A stretch of DNA of 62,359 nucleotides, filler included. It is 3 parts of 3 records of this genome, joined end to end, with 100 filler letters (N's around TTAATTAATTAA, not from the genome) between each part and the next. Parts side by side here need not be neighbours in the genome. Positions count along the whole stretch, not along the records: positions 1 to 31,014 come from SRR20825006_1449; 2 more parts are not named here. One strand, written 5' to 3'. The stretch's first letter is position 1, and each line of letters opens with the position of its first letter. Below the pieces are notes generated by a model. That model worked only from the letters and a program-made list of their open reading frames with translations. It made no database searches and was not told the origin of the DNA. This document shows, piece after piece, positions 9,211 to 20,072 of the stretch. The position numbers and the translations under genes are program-made.

Positions 9211-10190
9211 GGGCCGTCACACAGCGGCGTGCGTTTTTGAAAACCACCGCCGCAGCGACGCTGGCGACCTTCGCGGGAAGTGCCACGTCGTCGGTCGTTC
9301 AGGCTCGCGGGCCGATCGAGCGTTCCGGTCCGCCTCGATTTCGAATCGGTATCGCCGGTTATTCGCTCCGCCCTTACTTCCGCTACATGAAGGGCAAGGA
9401 ACAAACGTTTCGGCCCGTTCCGGATGGTGTGTCGTTCACCGACCGAGATGTGGCGGGCGGTTTGACTCAAACCGATTTTCTGGATTACTGCGTTTCGATG
9501 GGCGTCGAAGCGGCCGAGTTGACCGGTTACTTCATGACGCCCGGGCCGGATGGTTTTCCAACCGAAGCGTCGTTGCTGGAACTTCGTCGGCAGGCGTTCA
9601 CTCGTGGCGTTGTCATCAGCGGAACCGCGATCGGAAACAACTTCACGGTCGGATTGGGCGAACGTTATGAGCAAGAGGTTCGCGATGCAATCCGTTGGAT
9701 CGATTTGGCGTCAACTTTGGGAGCACCGCACATTCGTTTTTTCGCGGGCACGGCGGCTCAGCTTGCTAAGTCACCCACGCGAATGGATGAAGCCGTTGCG
9801 GCAGTCAATCGATGCGCGGAACACGCGGCGAAGAAAGGTGTCTTTCTAGGGGTTGAGAACCACGGTCGTCTGACGGCGAAGCAGATGTTGGAAATCATGG
9901 ATCGAGTCGATTCGCCTTGGGTGGGCATCAATCTCGATACCGGTAACTTCGAGTCGGACGATCCCTATGGCGACCTAGAAGCGTGTGCTCCCTACGCGGT
10001 CAATGTGCAAGTCAAACCGGTGACGAAGTCGCCTTCGGGCGAGAAGACTCCGGCGGATTACGGTCGCATCGCAAAGATTCTTCGCGACTCGGGTTACCAG
10101 GGTTACGTCGTCTTGGAATACGAAGACGCGGATGTTTTGGAGGCTCTTCCGAAGCACTTGGATGAGCTGCGCGGGGCGCTCGGGGTTTAG
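9150..10190 (+). CDS. Tat-exported sugar phosphate isomerase/epimerase (xylose-isomerase-like TIM barrel)
   Basis: RRAFLK Tat motif; GVENHG, NLDTGNF, GYQGYVVLEYE. True start is probably near 9210. Confidence 0.85.
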   Translation: MPKVQPAVSVPSLDRRTQSLGAVTQRRAFLKTTAAATLATFAGSATSSVVQARGPIERSGPPRFRIGIAGYSLRPYFRYMKGKEQTFRPVPDGVSFTDRDVAGGLTQTDFLDYCVSMGVEAAELTGYFMTPGPDGFPTEASLLELRRQAFTRGVVISGTAIGNNFTVGLGERYEQEVRDAIRWIDLASTLGAPHIRFFAGTAAQLAKSPTRMDEAVAAVNRCAEHAAKKGVFLGVENHGRLTAKQMLEIMDRVDSPWVGINLDTGNFESDDPYGDLEACAPYAVNVQVKPVTKSPSGEKTPADYGRIAKILRDSGYQGYVVLEYEDADVLEALPKHLDELRGALGV

Positions 10191-10206
10191 GAGAGGTTGG
10201 TTGGTT

Positions 10207-10293
10207 CTCGGTGGGCGATCACCGAGCTACAGGTTAGATCGCTCCAAGCTACGCGAGGAGAAAACTGTAGCTTGCTGGGGCCCCCCAGCAAGC
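10207..10293. repeat. Cluster of three GTAG-type REP-like hairpins between convergent genes
   Basis: Minus strand GTAG-CTCGGTG-6nt-CACCGAG (10207-10230) and degenerate GTAGCTTGGAGCGATCTAAC (10233-10252). Plus strand GTAG with perfect 11-bp stem GCTTGCTGGGG-CC-CCCCAGCAAGC (10267-10293). Confidence 0.7.
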
Positions 10294-10331
10294 CGAGCGC
10301 AAACTCACGAGGGGTACCACCGTGATACGGT

Positions 10332-12983
10332 CTACGGGAGTGGTTTGCGGACGGCGTCGACCAGGGCGTTTCGGATGGTTTCTTGTCGGTCCGAATCAGT
10401 GATGGGACTGCCGTCCGGGTTGGTGACGTAGAACACGTCGGCGATCTGATCCAGGTGTGTGTCGATCTTTGCGAATTGAATCACGACATCGAGTTGAGAC
10501 AGCGTCCCGGAGATGTCTGATAAAAGGCTGGGGCGGTCGTAGGTGAACATCGACAAAATGGTCTGATGGTCGAAGGTGTCGTTGTCAAAGAGCACTTTGG
10601 TGGGCAGCAGCAACACACTGGAAGGTTCCTTCGCACCCTGCGTTTGCCAGACTCGTCGTGGGGTCGGCATGACTGAATCGGGATCATCGAGAGCTTTAGT
10701 GACAACGCGACAAACCTCTTCGATTCGTGATTCGGGTTGGCGTTGCTTGAGTTCCGGATCGTTGACCCAGAATTGATCCCAAAGCAAATCTTCGCCGACT
10801 GTTTCGACGTTGGCTCGCATGATCGAAAGGCCGCATGCACTGAACGCCGCGGTGATTCGGGCGAACACACCGACCCGGCGTTCGCCTTGGCGAAGCACGA
10901 TCGTGTATCGCACGGCGGATGCGGCGGGGTCGACCGCGCCGGCGCAATAGCACCCGGGATTGTGGGTCAGCCATTCGCCGACTTGATGCATCTCGTGGAT
11001 CAGGTCGTCGGTTGAATGTTGCCGCAGCAGCGACAAAGGCATGTCTTTGGCGAATTCGATCAACGATGGATCGAGTTTCTTCTCGGCGAGAGATTCCTTC
11101 ACCTGTTCGATTTTGGAGTCCAAGTCAGCTTCGTTCTCGCCCGGAAGGTTTCCGGTTTCGAAGTAGCGACGGGCACGAAGGTACAAGTCTTCGATCAAGC
11201 CCATCTTCCAATCGTTGAGCACATCGGGGCCGACCGCTTGCAGGTCAGCGACGGTGTGGATGAGCAACAGTTCCAGTCGCGAGATCGAGCCGACTTCTGC
11301 CGCGAATTTATGGACGACCTCGGGGTCGTTCAAGTCGTGACGAAATGCGACTTCGTTGACGAGCAAGTGTTTGTGAATCAGCCACTGCAGCGTGTCTTTG
11401 TCGTCCGTACTGAGGTGGAACAGGTCCGCGACGTCGCCCGCGATTCGGCGGCCCACTTCGCTGTGGTCTTCCTCGTAACCTTTGCCCAAATCATGGATCA
11501 GCAACGCGAGGTGCAGCAATCCTTTGTCTTTGAGTCGCCGGTAGCGACGGCCCATGGCGTTTTCGGCATCGATCAAATCGGTTGCTGCTTCCACCGCTCG
11601 GATACAGTGCGCATCGACGGTGTATTTGTGATACGCATTGAATTGCAGCAAGCCTCGACAACGCCCCATCGCGGGGATCAATTGGTCGAGAATTCGGAGT
11701 TCGTGCAAACGCCGAAGTAGCGATGCGAGTCGCCCGGGATCTTTTAACAATTCCAAGAACGCATCCACGGCGGGTTGATCCGGCGGAGTCGCTTCGCGGT
11801 CTTGCATTGATTTGCGGATCGCTTGCCAAGTCGGGTGAGCGATCCGGCGCGAATGATGATTCGCCAATTGGATCAAACGCAAAACGTCCGGCAGGCTTTG
11901 TGCGAACTGTTCGAGCGTGTTTGGTTTGACCCAAATATGGGTCGGCCCCATGCGGATGTTTTCGTCGATCCGTCGCGACATGACGGATTCCACCGCGCCG
12001 GCGGCACGCGAACGGATGCGTGTGTCGTCATGGAAGTAAGCGGCAACGTAACGAACACCGCGAGTGTGTTCGAAATAATCCTGCATGAAGTCTTCGACCG
12101 GCAGCACACCCGACCGGCCCTGGTATCCCCAATCTTCGGCGATGTCCAACTGGGTTGGCCGATCCAAAACGTCTTGGGCTCGTTTGGTGCGAAAGTGCAA
12201 TTCATGGCGAAGCCGAAGCATGAACGCGTGGGCTCGTCGCAGCGTGCCGTAGTCTTCGTCCGATAACGCGTTGAGTTTGTTGAGTTGTTCCAAACTGGTG
12301 GCGCCGTGGGTTGCGAACCCGAGCCAGCGAACCAATTGGATGTCTCGCAGGCCACCGCGTGAACGTTTGACGTTGGGACGCAACAAGTAGTTGGTTTCGC
12401 CCCATTTGTGTCGCTCTTCTCGGCGAGCCATCAGCGATTGATGATTCAGATAGTTTCGGCGGCGGCGAGCACCGGCGCGAAAACGATCGAAGTAACGGTC
12501 AAAGGTTTGTTCGTTACCAAAGCACAATCGCGATTCCGTCAGCGAAGTGTAAATTTTGGCATCAGCCCAAGCCAACGTGCAGCATTCGCGGGGCGTACGA
12601 ACGGAGAAGCCGCAGTCGATCCCGGCATCGGTGATGTCGCGGACGAATGTGCTGGCGACTTGAGCCGCAGCGGCTGCGCTTCGCCGAGTGGTCAGCAACA
12701 TCAAATCGGCGTCGCTGTATGGCGAAAGATCGCGACGACCGTAGCCGCCGTGGGCAACCAAACTCAATTGAGAGAGTTGCGAGGCTTTGACACTCGAGGA
12801 GGCACGCTCGAGCGAATCCTGCCAAATTTTCTCGATGACATCGTCATAGAGATCCGTCAGCGCGGTTGCCGTCTGAACACTGGGCAAACCGGCTCGAAAT
12901 CGAGACTCGATACGACCGCGTCCATCATTCAGTCGGTCACGGCATTGCCGTGCCAACGAAGGAAGTGAACCAGAGGACGCCAT
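10332..12983 (-). CDS. glnD: [Protein-PII] uridylyltransferase / uridylyl-removing enzyme
   Basis: GGYGR..LSPYSDADL nucleotidyltransferase motif, PNVK...GGLRD, YHKYTVDAH and HDLGKG HD domain, two C-terminal ACT domains. Confidence 0.95.
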   Translation of the reverse strand: MASSGSLPSLARQCRDRLNDGRGRIESRFRAGLPSVQTATALTDLYDDVIEKIWQDSLERASSSVKASQLSQLSLVAHGGYGRRDLSPYSDADLMLLTTRRSAAAAAQVASTFVRDITDAGIDCGFSVRTPRECCTLAWADAKIYTSLTESRLCFGNEQTFDRYFDRFRAGARRRRNYLNHQSLMARREERHKWGETNYLLRPNVKRSRGGLRDIQLVRWLGFATHGATSLEQLNKLNALSDEDYGTLRRAHAFMLRLRHELHFRTKRAQDVLDRPTQLDIAEDWGYQGRSGVLPVEDFMQDYFEHTRGVRYVAAYFHDDTRIRSRAAGAVESVMSRRIDENIRMGPTHIWVKPNTLEQFAQSLPDVLRLIQLANHHSRRIAHPTWQAIRKSMQDREATPPDQPAVDAFLELLKDPGRLASLLRRLHELRILDQLIPAMGRCRGLLQFNAYHKYTVDAHCIRAVEAATDLIDAENAMGRRYRRLKDKGLLHLALLIHDLGKGYEEDHSEVGRRIAGDVADLFHLSTDDKDTLQWLIHKHLLVNEVAFRHDLNDPEVVHKFAAEVGSISRLELLLIHTVADLQAVGPDVLNDWKMGLIEDLYLRARRYFETGNLPGENEADLDSKIEQVKESLAEKKLDPSLIEFAKDMPLSLLRQHSTDDLIHEMHQVGEWLTHNPGCYCAGAVDPAASAVRYTIVLRQGERRVGVFARITAAFSACGLSIMRANVETVGEDLLWDQFWVNDPELKQRQPESRIEEVCRVVTKALDDPDSVMPTPRRVWQTQGAKEPSSVLLLPTKVLFDNDTFDHQTILSMFTYDRPSLLSDISGTLSQLDVVIQFAKIDTHLDQIADVFYVTNPDGSPITDSDRQETIRNALVDAVRKPLP

Positions 12984-12992
12984 CAGGGAAGC

Positions 12993-13427
<435 letters not shown>

Positions 13428-14018
13428 TCAGGGTTTTTCCCAGATTTGATCCGGAACATTCAGAATTTGGTTCACCAATCGGGACACAACAAACAACCAG
13501 TCGCTCAATCGGTTCAGGTAAATAATCACGGTGTCGCTGATGGGGGTTTCGGTTTGGACGGCGTCAGCCAGCGAAATCACCCGTCGTTCCGCACGTCGGC
13601 AAACCGCTCGCGAAAGGTGCACATGGGACGCCAAAATCGAGCCTCCCGGAAGAATGAATTGCTTTAGCGGCGGCAGTTGCTGCTCGGCGTCGTCGATCCA
13701 ATCTTCGATCCGTTGAATGTGAACAGGGCCGATCACGCGTAGGTCGAATTGGTCCGGGTGTGGCGAGGCGAGTTCGGCACCGATCGAAAAAAGTTCGTGT
13801 TGTACCTGAGCGATTCGAGCGTCCAATTCGCTCAATCCGTCATTTGCGGCCGTCGCTTCGCCAGCGGATTCTTTTAATGCCGAACGAACTTGGCCAAGCG
13901 TCGCATTCAGTTCATCCACGGTTCCGTACGCTTCGATGCGAGTGTCGTCTTTCGCCACCCTTGGTCCACCAAACAAACCTGTGGTCCCGGAGTCGCCCGT
14001 GCGAGTGTAAATTTTCAT
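13428..14018 (-). CDS. PduO-type ATP:cob(I)alamin adenosyltransferase
   Basis: KIYTRTGD.G.T, YGTVDELN, FILPGG, R.VCRRAER, YLNRLSD.LF. Confidence 0.93.
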   Translation of the reverse strand: MKIYTRTGDSGTTGLFGGPRVAKDDTRIEAYGTVDELNATLGQVRSALKESAGEATAANDGLSELDARIAQVQHELFSIGAELASPHPDQFDLRVIGPVHIQRIEDWIDDAEQQLPPLKQFILPGGSILASHVHLSRAVCRRAERRVISLADAVQTETPISDTVIIYLNRLSDWLFVVSRLVNQILNVPDQIWEKP

Positions 14019-14104
14019 GATTCGTTGCGTATGGTTTCGTGGCAGTGAATTGGTAGCGGTCAGGATCTTCGTGGGTCGTTGATCGGACTGGTTTTGGCGG
14101 TTGG

Positions 14105-14629
14105 ATGAGTCAAGGTTTGGATGCCGTGGGGTTCAGTCCACGACCCGAACCGGTTTTGCATTGGAGCAAGATGGCAAGTGGGAAGAAAGAACCGGCACCG
14201 CCGACGGTGTGTGCCGCGGGTGTGTTGTTGTTGACTCGTGAATCGTCGCCACGATTCTTATTGATGCGGCATCCCGACCGGTGGGACTTGCCGAAGGGGC
14301 ATTGCGATGAAGGCGAGGATTTTCTGACGGCGGCGAAACGCGAATTGGTTGAGGAGACCGGGATCGATGCCAAGGTGTGCGAATTTGATCCGGATTTTCA
14401 GTTTGATCTGCACTACCCGGTCACCTATCGCAAGCAACCGGACAAAACGTTCCAAAAGCACGTCCGGTATTTTTTGGCGTTCTTACCGCAAGTCGTTAAA
14501 ATTGAACTGACCGAGCACGAGATGTCGCGATGGTGGCCTTGGTCGCCTCCGCATCTGATTCAGTCGCAAACGATCGATCCGTTGCTGGCCGCGGTTGCTG
14601 ATCACTTGTCCGCGAAACAGTCCGGCTGA
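14105..14629 (+). CDS. Nudix hydrolase (Ap4A hydrolase-like)
   Basis: WDLPKG plus Nudix box GHCDEGEDFLTAAKRELVEETG. Start may be ATG 14171. Confidence 0.88.
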   Translation: MSQGLDAVGFSPRPEPVLHWSKMASGKKEPAPPTVCAAGVLLLTRESSPRFLLMRHPDRWDLPKGHCDEGEDFLTAAKRELVEETGIDAKVCEFDPDFQFDLHYPVTYRKQPDKTFQKHVRYFLAFLPQVVKIELTEHEMSRWWPWSPPHLIQSQTIDPLLAAVADHLSAKQSG

Positions 14630-14680
14630 AACCAGCGACAAAGATTTCCTTTATCGAAATTCTCTTTCCATTGAGACCCC

Positions 14681-15655
14681 ATGCAATCGCGCTGCTTTTA
14701 TTGTTTACCAGCCACCCCGGTTGCAATTGCGTTTTTGGTTGCGTTTGGATTTTTGGCTGGAGTTGGATCCACGGCAATCGCACAGGAACAGCGGGCTCGT
14801 CCGCCGAAGTTTGACGCCGATGAAGTTTCGCGAGTGTTCTTTGCTGACCCGTCGACCGCGTTTCGTGGTGAACGTCCGTCGCTGGCGAATCTCCGAGACG
14901 CGGGGGCTGAGAAAGTGATGGCTCAAGCGGAAGCCGCCGCGGAAGAGAGTTCGGGTGGCGGGTCGAAGTGGGGCAAAATCGTTTCGCCGCTTTCGTTGGA
15001 AGACGAGATCAAGCGAATCAAGCTTCGATACGATTCGGTCATCACCACTCCGGGGGCGTTCAATGGCGGTGGCTATCAAGACGCCCGTTTGAATTTGACT
15101 GTTTTGGCGACTCTGTTTGCTGTTGTTTCGGATCACAAAGAGGATGTTCGTTGGAAGTCGGATGCGCACACAGCACGCGACGTGATGGCCCGAACCGCTC
15201 GCAATAGCGCGGCCGGATCGACTCAGGTCTACAACGAGGCGAAACTTCGCAAAGCCGATTTGCAAGATTTGGTCAGTGGAGCCGGTATCACGGCGACGCA
15301 GAAATCAGAGAAGATTAACGGGTGGCACATGATCGCGGACCGTTCACCGTTGATGGAATATGCGGAGCAGTTGCTTGATACTTTGGGCGATCACACACGG
15401 GACGCCGCCACGACGCAAGAAAACCTGGACGCGGTCAAACGCGAAGCGGAGTTGCTTGCGATGTTGGGCGAGGTGTTGGTGCAAGAAGGAATGGATGACT
15501 ACGACGACCCGGACTACGCCGAGCTGAGCCGTGCGATGACCACGAGTAGCAGTGGCGTGGTCAGTGCAATCGATCGACAAGATTGGGATGGGGTGCGTTC
15601 GGCGGTCGGTGATGTGACCCAAAGCTGTGCGGCTTGCCACGAACAGTATCGATAG
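14681..15655 (+). CDS. Exported c-type cytochrome, helical-bundle (cytochrome c'-like) with C-terminal heme site
   Basis: Signal peptide, helical character, terminal CAACHEQYR. Confidence 0.75.
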   Translation: MQSRCFYCLPATPVAIAFLVAFGFLAGVGSTAIAQEQRARPPKFDADEVSRVFFADPSTAFRGERPSLANLRDAGAEKVMAQAEAAAEESSGGGSKWGKIVSPLSLEDEIKRIKLRYDSVITTPGAFNGGGYQDARLNLTVLATLFAVVSDHKEDVRWKSDAHTARDVMARTARNSAAGSTQVYNEAKLRKADLQDLVSGAGITATQKSEKINGWHMIADRSPLMEYAEQLLDTLGDHTRDAATTQENLDAVKREAELLAMLGEVLVQEGMDDYDDPDYAELSRAMTTSSSGVVSAIDRQDWDGVRSAVGDVTQSCAACHEQYR

Positions 15656-15677
15656 TTGGCAGGTGACGGGCATCGTC

Positions 15678-15744
15678 GGATATCGGGCGGGCTGGATATC
15701 CGGCGGGCTTAGATATTGAGTTGCGGGTTGGATATCTGGCGTTG
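15678..15744. repeat. Degenerate tandem repeat, four units of about 16-20 bp
   Basis: GGATATCGGGCGGGCT / GGATATCCGGCGGGCT / TAGATATTGAGTTGCGGGTT / GGATATCTGGCGTTG. Confidence 0.7.
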
Positions 15745-15954
15745 TTGACTTTGGTCGCTGCGACGGACGTTGCATGACGATTGCGAGCGATGTTGATTCA
15801 TTTCAATAGTTTCCCAGAGCGTCACTGGAAAATTTTGGCTTGGGGCCGTTTAATGAACGCCGCTTGGGGTGAGCCTTGATTTGTCTTTGATGGGAACGCA
15901 CCAAGCCCGCACTTTGTGTCCTTTCCCCCGTGAGACAAACACCCCGACCGCCTT

Positions 15955-17799
15955 GTGAAAAAGATCCGCGAGTTTCTAGAAGTCTTCGGGCAATCGTCTG
16001 GAAAGTGGATCGTGCTGGCGTCCATGGTGGGTGTGTTGGTTGGGATTGGAGCGATCGTTTTTGATCGTTTGGGCCGTGTCGTCGTGCGTTTTGCCATGGC
16101 TCAGTTCACCGGTTACGCACCGATGGAAGCCGCTGGCGAAGAAGCCGTGATGATGCCGGCCGATGCGGTGTTCTCGCCGTGGATGCTGGTGCTGGTGATG
16201 ACCCTGGGGGGACTCGTTTCCGGAACAATCGTGTACTGGTTCGCTCCGGAAGCGGAAGGATCCGGTGCGGATGCGGTCATCGACGCATTCCACAATCGTC
16301 GCGGAAAAATGCGGGCGCGGATTCCGCTGGTCAAAACCGTTGCGTCGGCGATCACGCTGGGGACCGGCGGTTCGGGCGGTCGTGAAGGACCGATTTCACA
16401 AATTGGTGCCGGGTTGGGATCAGTGTTGGCCGACCGGCTGAAGTTGTCACCGCGTGACCGCCGGATTCTGATGGCCGCGGGAATGGGCGCGGGCGTCGGT
16501 GCGATCTTTCGTGCGCCATTGGCCGGTGCTGTTTTTGCAGCGGAGATTCTGTACAGCGATTCGGACATGGAAGCCGATGTGATCGTGCCTTCAGCGACCG
16601 CTTCGATTGTTGCCTACAGCTTGTTCACGCAAGCGTTACCGATCGAGTTTCGGTATATGCCACTGTTTGGTGATGATTTGCATCACACGCTGACCTCGCC
16701 GTTGGAGTTGTTGCCTTACGCGTTTTTGGCGATTGCGGTCACGATTGTCGGGGTGATCTACGTCAAATTGTTTTCCGGAACGCGACGACGATTTCTGGAG
16801 TTGCCACTGTGGCCGCATATCAAACCAGCCATCGGTGCGGTTATGGCCGGTTTGGTTGGGATCGGATTGTTTCGCATGGTCGGCAACAACATGCACGCGT
16901 TGGGAGTCTTGGGAACCGGATACGGAACGCTGCAGTTGGCGCTAACGAATGCGGCGGAGCTCGGAATTCCGATGTTGTTGATCATCGTGTTCGCAAAGAT
17001 CGTGACCACCGCATTGACGATTGGATCGGGTGGGTCCGGCGGTGTGTTCGGTCCGTCGATGGTGATCGGAGGTTGCTTGGGAGCCGCGATTGGCCTTGGT
17101 TTCCAAGCGATGTTCCCGAGCGTGGTGACTCAGCCAGAAGCGTATGCGGTGGTTGGAACGGCGGGCTTTTTTGCGGGCGTTGCGAGAGCACCGATTTCAA
17201 CGATCATCATGGTCCGTGCTTTGACGGGTGATTTCGGGTTGCTGGTGCCAACGATGTTGGTGACGACGCTCAGTTTTGTGATGTGCAGTCGCTGGCGTTT
17301 GTATCATTGGCAAGTTCCCACGAGGATGGATTCGAAGGCTCATCGTGGCGATTTCATCGTCGACGTTCTCGAAGGGCTGAAGGTGGGAGATGTGTTTGAC
17401 CCGAATCGAAAGGTGTTGCTGATCCCGGAAGCGACGACCCTGGACGAGATCGTTCACTGTTTGGCAGACAACCAGCAGCACTATTTTCCCGTGGTGGACA
17501 AGCAAAAACGGATCGTCGGTATCTTCAGTGATGATGACGTTCGGACTTACCTGTACAACGATTCGATTTGGCGGCTGGCAGTTGCCAACGACGTCATGAC
17601 CACCGATTTGGTCAGCGTCACCCCAGAAGACGATTTGAATACGGCGCTGAAGCGTTTCACGTCGTTGAACTTGGAAGAATTGCCGGTGATTGATATCGAT
17701 GAGCCAGGCAAGTTGCTTGGGATGCTGCGACGCAAAGAAACGATCGCGGCCTACAACCGCCGTTTGGTCGAGCACAAACAAACCGCTGAAGATGCATAG
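15955..17799 (+). CDS. ClC-family chloride channel/transporter with C-terminal CBS pair
   Basis: GSGAD, GREGP, AIFRAPLAG, GSGGSGGVFGP motifs; two CBS domains. Confidence 0.92.
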   Translation: MKKIREFLEVFGQSSGKWIVLASMVGVLVGIGAIVFDRLGRVVVRFAMAQFTGYAPMEAAGEEAVMMPADAVFSPWMLVLVMTLGGLVSGTIVYWFAPEAEGSGADAVIDAFHNRRGKMRARIPLVKTVASAITLGTGGSGGREGPISQIGAGLGSVLADRLKLSPRDRRILMAAGMGAGVGAIFRAPLAGAVFAAEILYSDSDMEADVIVPSATASIVAYSLFTQALPIEFRYMPLFGDDLHHTLTSPLELLPYAFLAIAVTIVGVIYVKLFSGTRRRFLELPLWPHIKPAIGAVMAGLVGIGLFRMVGNNMHALGVLGTGYGTLQLALTNAAELGIPMLLIIVFAKIVTTALTIGSGGSGGVFGPSMVIGGCLGAAIGLGFQAMFPSVVTQPEAYAVVGTAGFFAGVARAPISTIIMVRALTGDFGLLVPTMLVTTLSFVMCSRWRLYHWQVPTRMDSKAHRGDFIVDVLEGLKVGDVFDPNRKVLLIPEATTLDEIVHCLADNQQHYFPVVDKQKRIVGIFSDDDVRTYLYNDSIWRLAVANDVMTTDLVSVTPEDDLNTALKRFTSLNLEELPVIDIDEPGKLLGMLRRKETIAAYNRRLVEHKQTAEDA

Positions 17800-17808
17800 C
17801 CATTCACG

Positions 17809-18690
17809 TCAGAAGTTCTTTGAGTACTCGCAAAGTCGATCGCGAAATTCTGCGAACAGGCGGCTTTGAAATCGATATGGGTTGGTCACGCATACGATCC
17901 GTCGCGTTGGTCGTGGACTGACGAACGACTTGTAGACTCGTCGTTTGCTGCGATCCAAGCGTCGGGCCATCTCGGGGATCATCGAGATTCCGTGTGACAG
18001 AGAGACCAATTCCTGAACGGTTGCCAATTGGTTGGCTCGTTCAACCGCAACGGGCAAGAACGATCGTTGCCGGCAAAACGAATGAATGTTCTCGGACAAG
18101 CAGTGGGCTTCGTCCAGCATCACGAACGGTTCTTCTTCCACATCCTTCATGCTGATGCGGTCTTTGTCGCAAAGCGGATGATCGGGAGGAAGGAGCAAGC
18201 ACAGTTCCTCCTCCATCAACGGTTTGACCTCAACGTATTTTTCCGAGATCGGTTCGGCAAGGATCGCCAGATCGATTTCGCCCTGCTTGATCCGCTTGAG
18301 AAGTTCGTCGGTCGTGTTCTCGTGCACGATCAGTTGCGATCGAGGAAACGCGTTGGAGAATTGCTTCAGTAGGTTCGGCAGAAAGTACGGCGCGATCGTG
18401 GGAATTGCCCCGATTCGGATCTTGCCGGTTTCTCCATCGTCCGTGATCTCCGCACGCGTGTCTTCCAGGATTCGAAGGATCTGCGTGGCACTGCGTTGAA
18501 ACAACAATCCCGCGTCAGTCAGTTCCACCGAGCGAGGTTTTCGTTCAAAAAAAGGTTGCCCAAATTCTTCTTCGAGTCGCTGGATCGATCGACTCAGCGC
18601 CGGTTGTGACAGGTTCATTCGCGTGGCTGACTCGGTGAAGCTTTTCGTTTCCGCAACGCTTTGGAAGTACTTCAGTTGGTCAATGTCCAT
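17809..18690 (-). CDS. LysR-family regulator, OxyR-like
   Basis: [39 protein letters not shown] gives C-X8-C. Start placed at MDIDQLKYF. Confidence 0.85.
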   Translation of the reverse strand: MDIDQLKYFQSVAETKSFTESATRMNLSQPALSRSIQRLEEEFGQPFFERKPRSVELTDAGLLFQRSATQILRILEDTRAEITDDGETGKIRIGAIPTIAPYFLPNLLKQFSNAFPRSQLIVHENTTDELLKRIKQGEIDLAILAEPISEKYVEVKPLMEEELCLLLPPDHPLCDKDRISMKDVEEEPFVMLDEAHCLSENIHSFCRQRSFLPVAVERANQLATVQELVSLSHGISMIPEMARRLDRSKRRVYKSFVSPRPTRRIVCVTNPYRFQSRLFAEFRDRLCEYSKNF

Positions 18691-18952
18691 CGAATCATCA
18701 CAAGCAGAAAACGGATCAAGCAGCGGCGAGGTCGGCATCCAGTCTAGATCGAAGCGACGCCGGGCGGCTACCTTAGGCTCCAAACGCACGTGGCGACACC
18801 AACTGTTCGATGAGCTCGTTGCGGGAGCGATCTGCCAGAGTTGCCAGTCGATGCTTGTTGAGGACCAATTGAACTGAGATTGAGGCTGAAGTGTATATTC
18901 TCGGTCGGTTCGCAACGAACGGTGTGCTGGGCGGTATTGCGTACCGGCGACA

Positions 18953-19969
18953 TCAGGGGCTTGTGCCTAAGATGCGTTGATAAATGACAACGTAGCTGTC
19001 GGCCATTCGGTCGATTGAGAAACGATCGACGACGGATTGGCGAACGGCGACACGGTCGAGTTCGTCGATTCGCTCGATCGCCTGCACCGCTTCTTGCAAG
19101 TTGTTGACCAAGAATCCGGTCACGCCGTGTTCGATCAGTTCGGGCATCGATCCACGGTTATTGGCGATGACGGGCGTGCCGCACGCCATGGCTTCGATGA
19201 CAGAAAGCCCGAATGGTTCGTCGAAGTTGATCAGGTGCAACAAGGCACGAGCATTTCCCAACGCATGGAGTCGTTCCGGACCGCCGATGACACCGTGATA
19301 GGTCATGCTGACGCCATCGTCCGCGGGTGCAACGTGCATGTCGTGGTAGTGCTCGTCTTGCACGATGCCGTACATGTGCAGCGGACGCTTGCTGAGACGG
19401 GCGGCTTCAATTGCCTCTGCCGCTCCCTTGTCAGGATGGATTCGTCCGAAGAACAAAAGGTCTTCGCCGCGTTCAGGTTGAAATGGGAAGTCATCGATGG
19501 GGATTCCGTGGTGAATCGTTGCTGCGTATCGCAGACTGGGATGTCGGTCTGCGTCACTGATCGCGATGTAGTGAACCAGGTCTTGGTACTCCTGGTACAT
19601 CGGCAAAATTCTGTCGGATGAGAATCCATGAATGGTGGTGACGATCGGAGTTCCAATCAGTCTGGCAAAAGCGTGGGCGGGAAAGTCTGCCTGATTGTGG
19701 ATCAAGTCAAACTGGTCGGCTTGTTCAAACAGGTGGGCAAGATGTCGAAACTCCCACACCTTGGCATCGATCGATGCGTCTTCGCTGTACGGAGCCGGAA
19801 CCACACCAGCGAGCTTTCCCGATGTTTTGCTGTCTAGCGTGGCGAAGAGGGTCACGTCGACGCCGCGTTTGACGAGAGCCTCGGTCAGCATGCTGGTGAC
19901 CAATTCCCACGGACCGTAGGCACGCGGTGGTGTTCTCCAAGCGATCGGGGCCAGCATGGCTATTCGCAT
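18953..19969 (-). CDS. Glycosyltransferase family 4
   Basis: MRIAMLAP...[30 protein letters not shown]. Confidence 0.9.
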   Translation of the reverse strand: MRIAMLAPIAWRTPPRAYGPWELVTSMLTEALVKRGVDVTLFATLDSKTSGKLAGVVPAPYSEDASIDAKVWEFRHLAHLFEQADQFDLIHNQADFPAHAFARLIGTPIVTTIHGFSSDRILPMYQEYQDLVHYIAISDADRHPSLRYAATIHHGIPIDDFPFQPERGEDLLFFGRIHPDKGAAEAIEAARLSKRPLHMYGIVQDEHYHDMHVAPADDGVSMTYHGVIGGPERLHALGNARALLHLINFDEPFGLSVIEAMACGTPVIANNRGSMPELIEHGVTGFLVNNLQEAVQAIERIDELDRVAVRQSVVDRFSIDRMADSYVVIYQRILGTSP

Positions 19970-20072
19970 CGAAGGTTCGCTTTCTGATTCGTGGCGAAGA
20001 CGTTGGTTGAGATGCAAAGTATCGGAGATGGATCGATTCGGCGTTCGTACGTTGAGTGGACCAGCGATTCGG

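Noticed and set aside
15678-15744. Mini CRISPR array
   Set aside because: Units are directly adjacent with no unique spacers, are too short, and there are no cas genes.
15760-17799. Fluoride riboswitch and fluoride-specific ClC-F
   Set aside because: No GGCGATGG-type aptamer seen upstream, and the protein has GSGAD/GREGP rather than the GNNLI/GREGT signatures.
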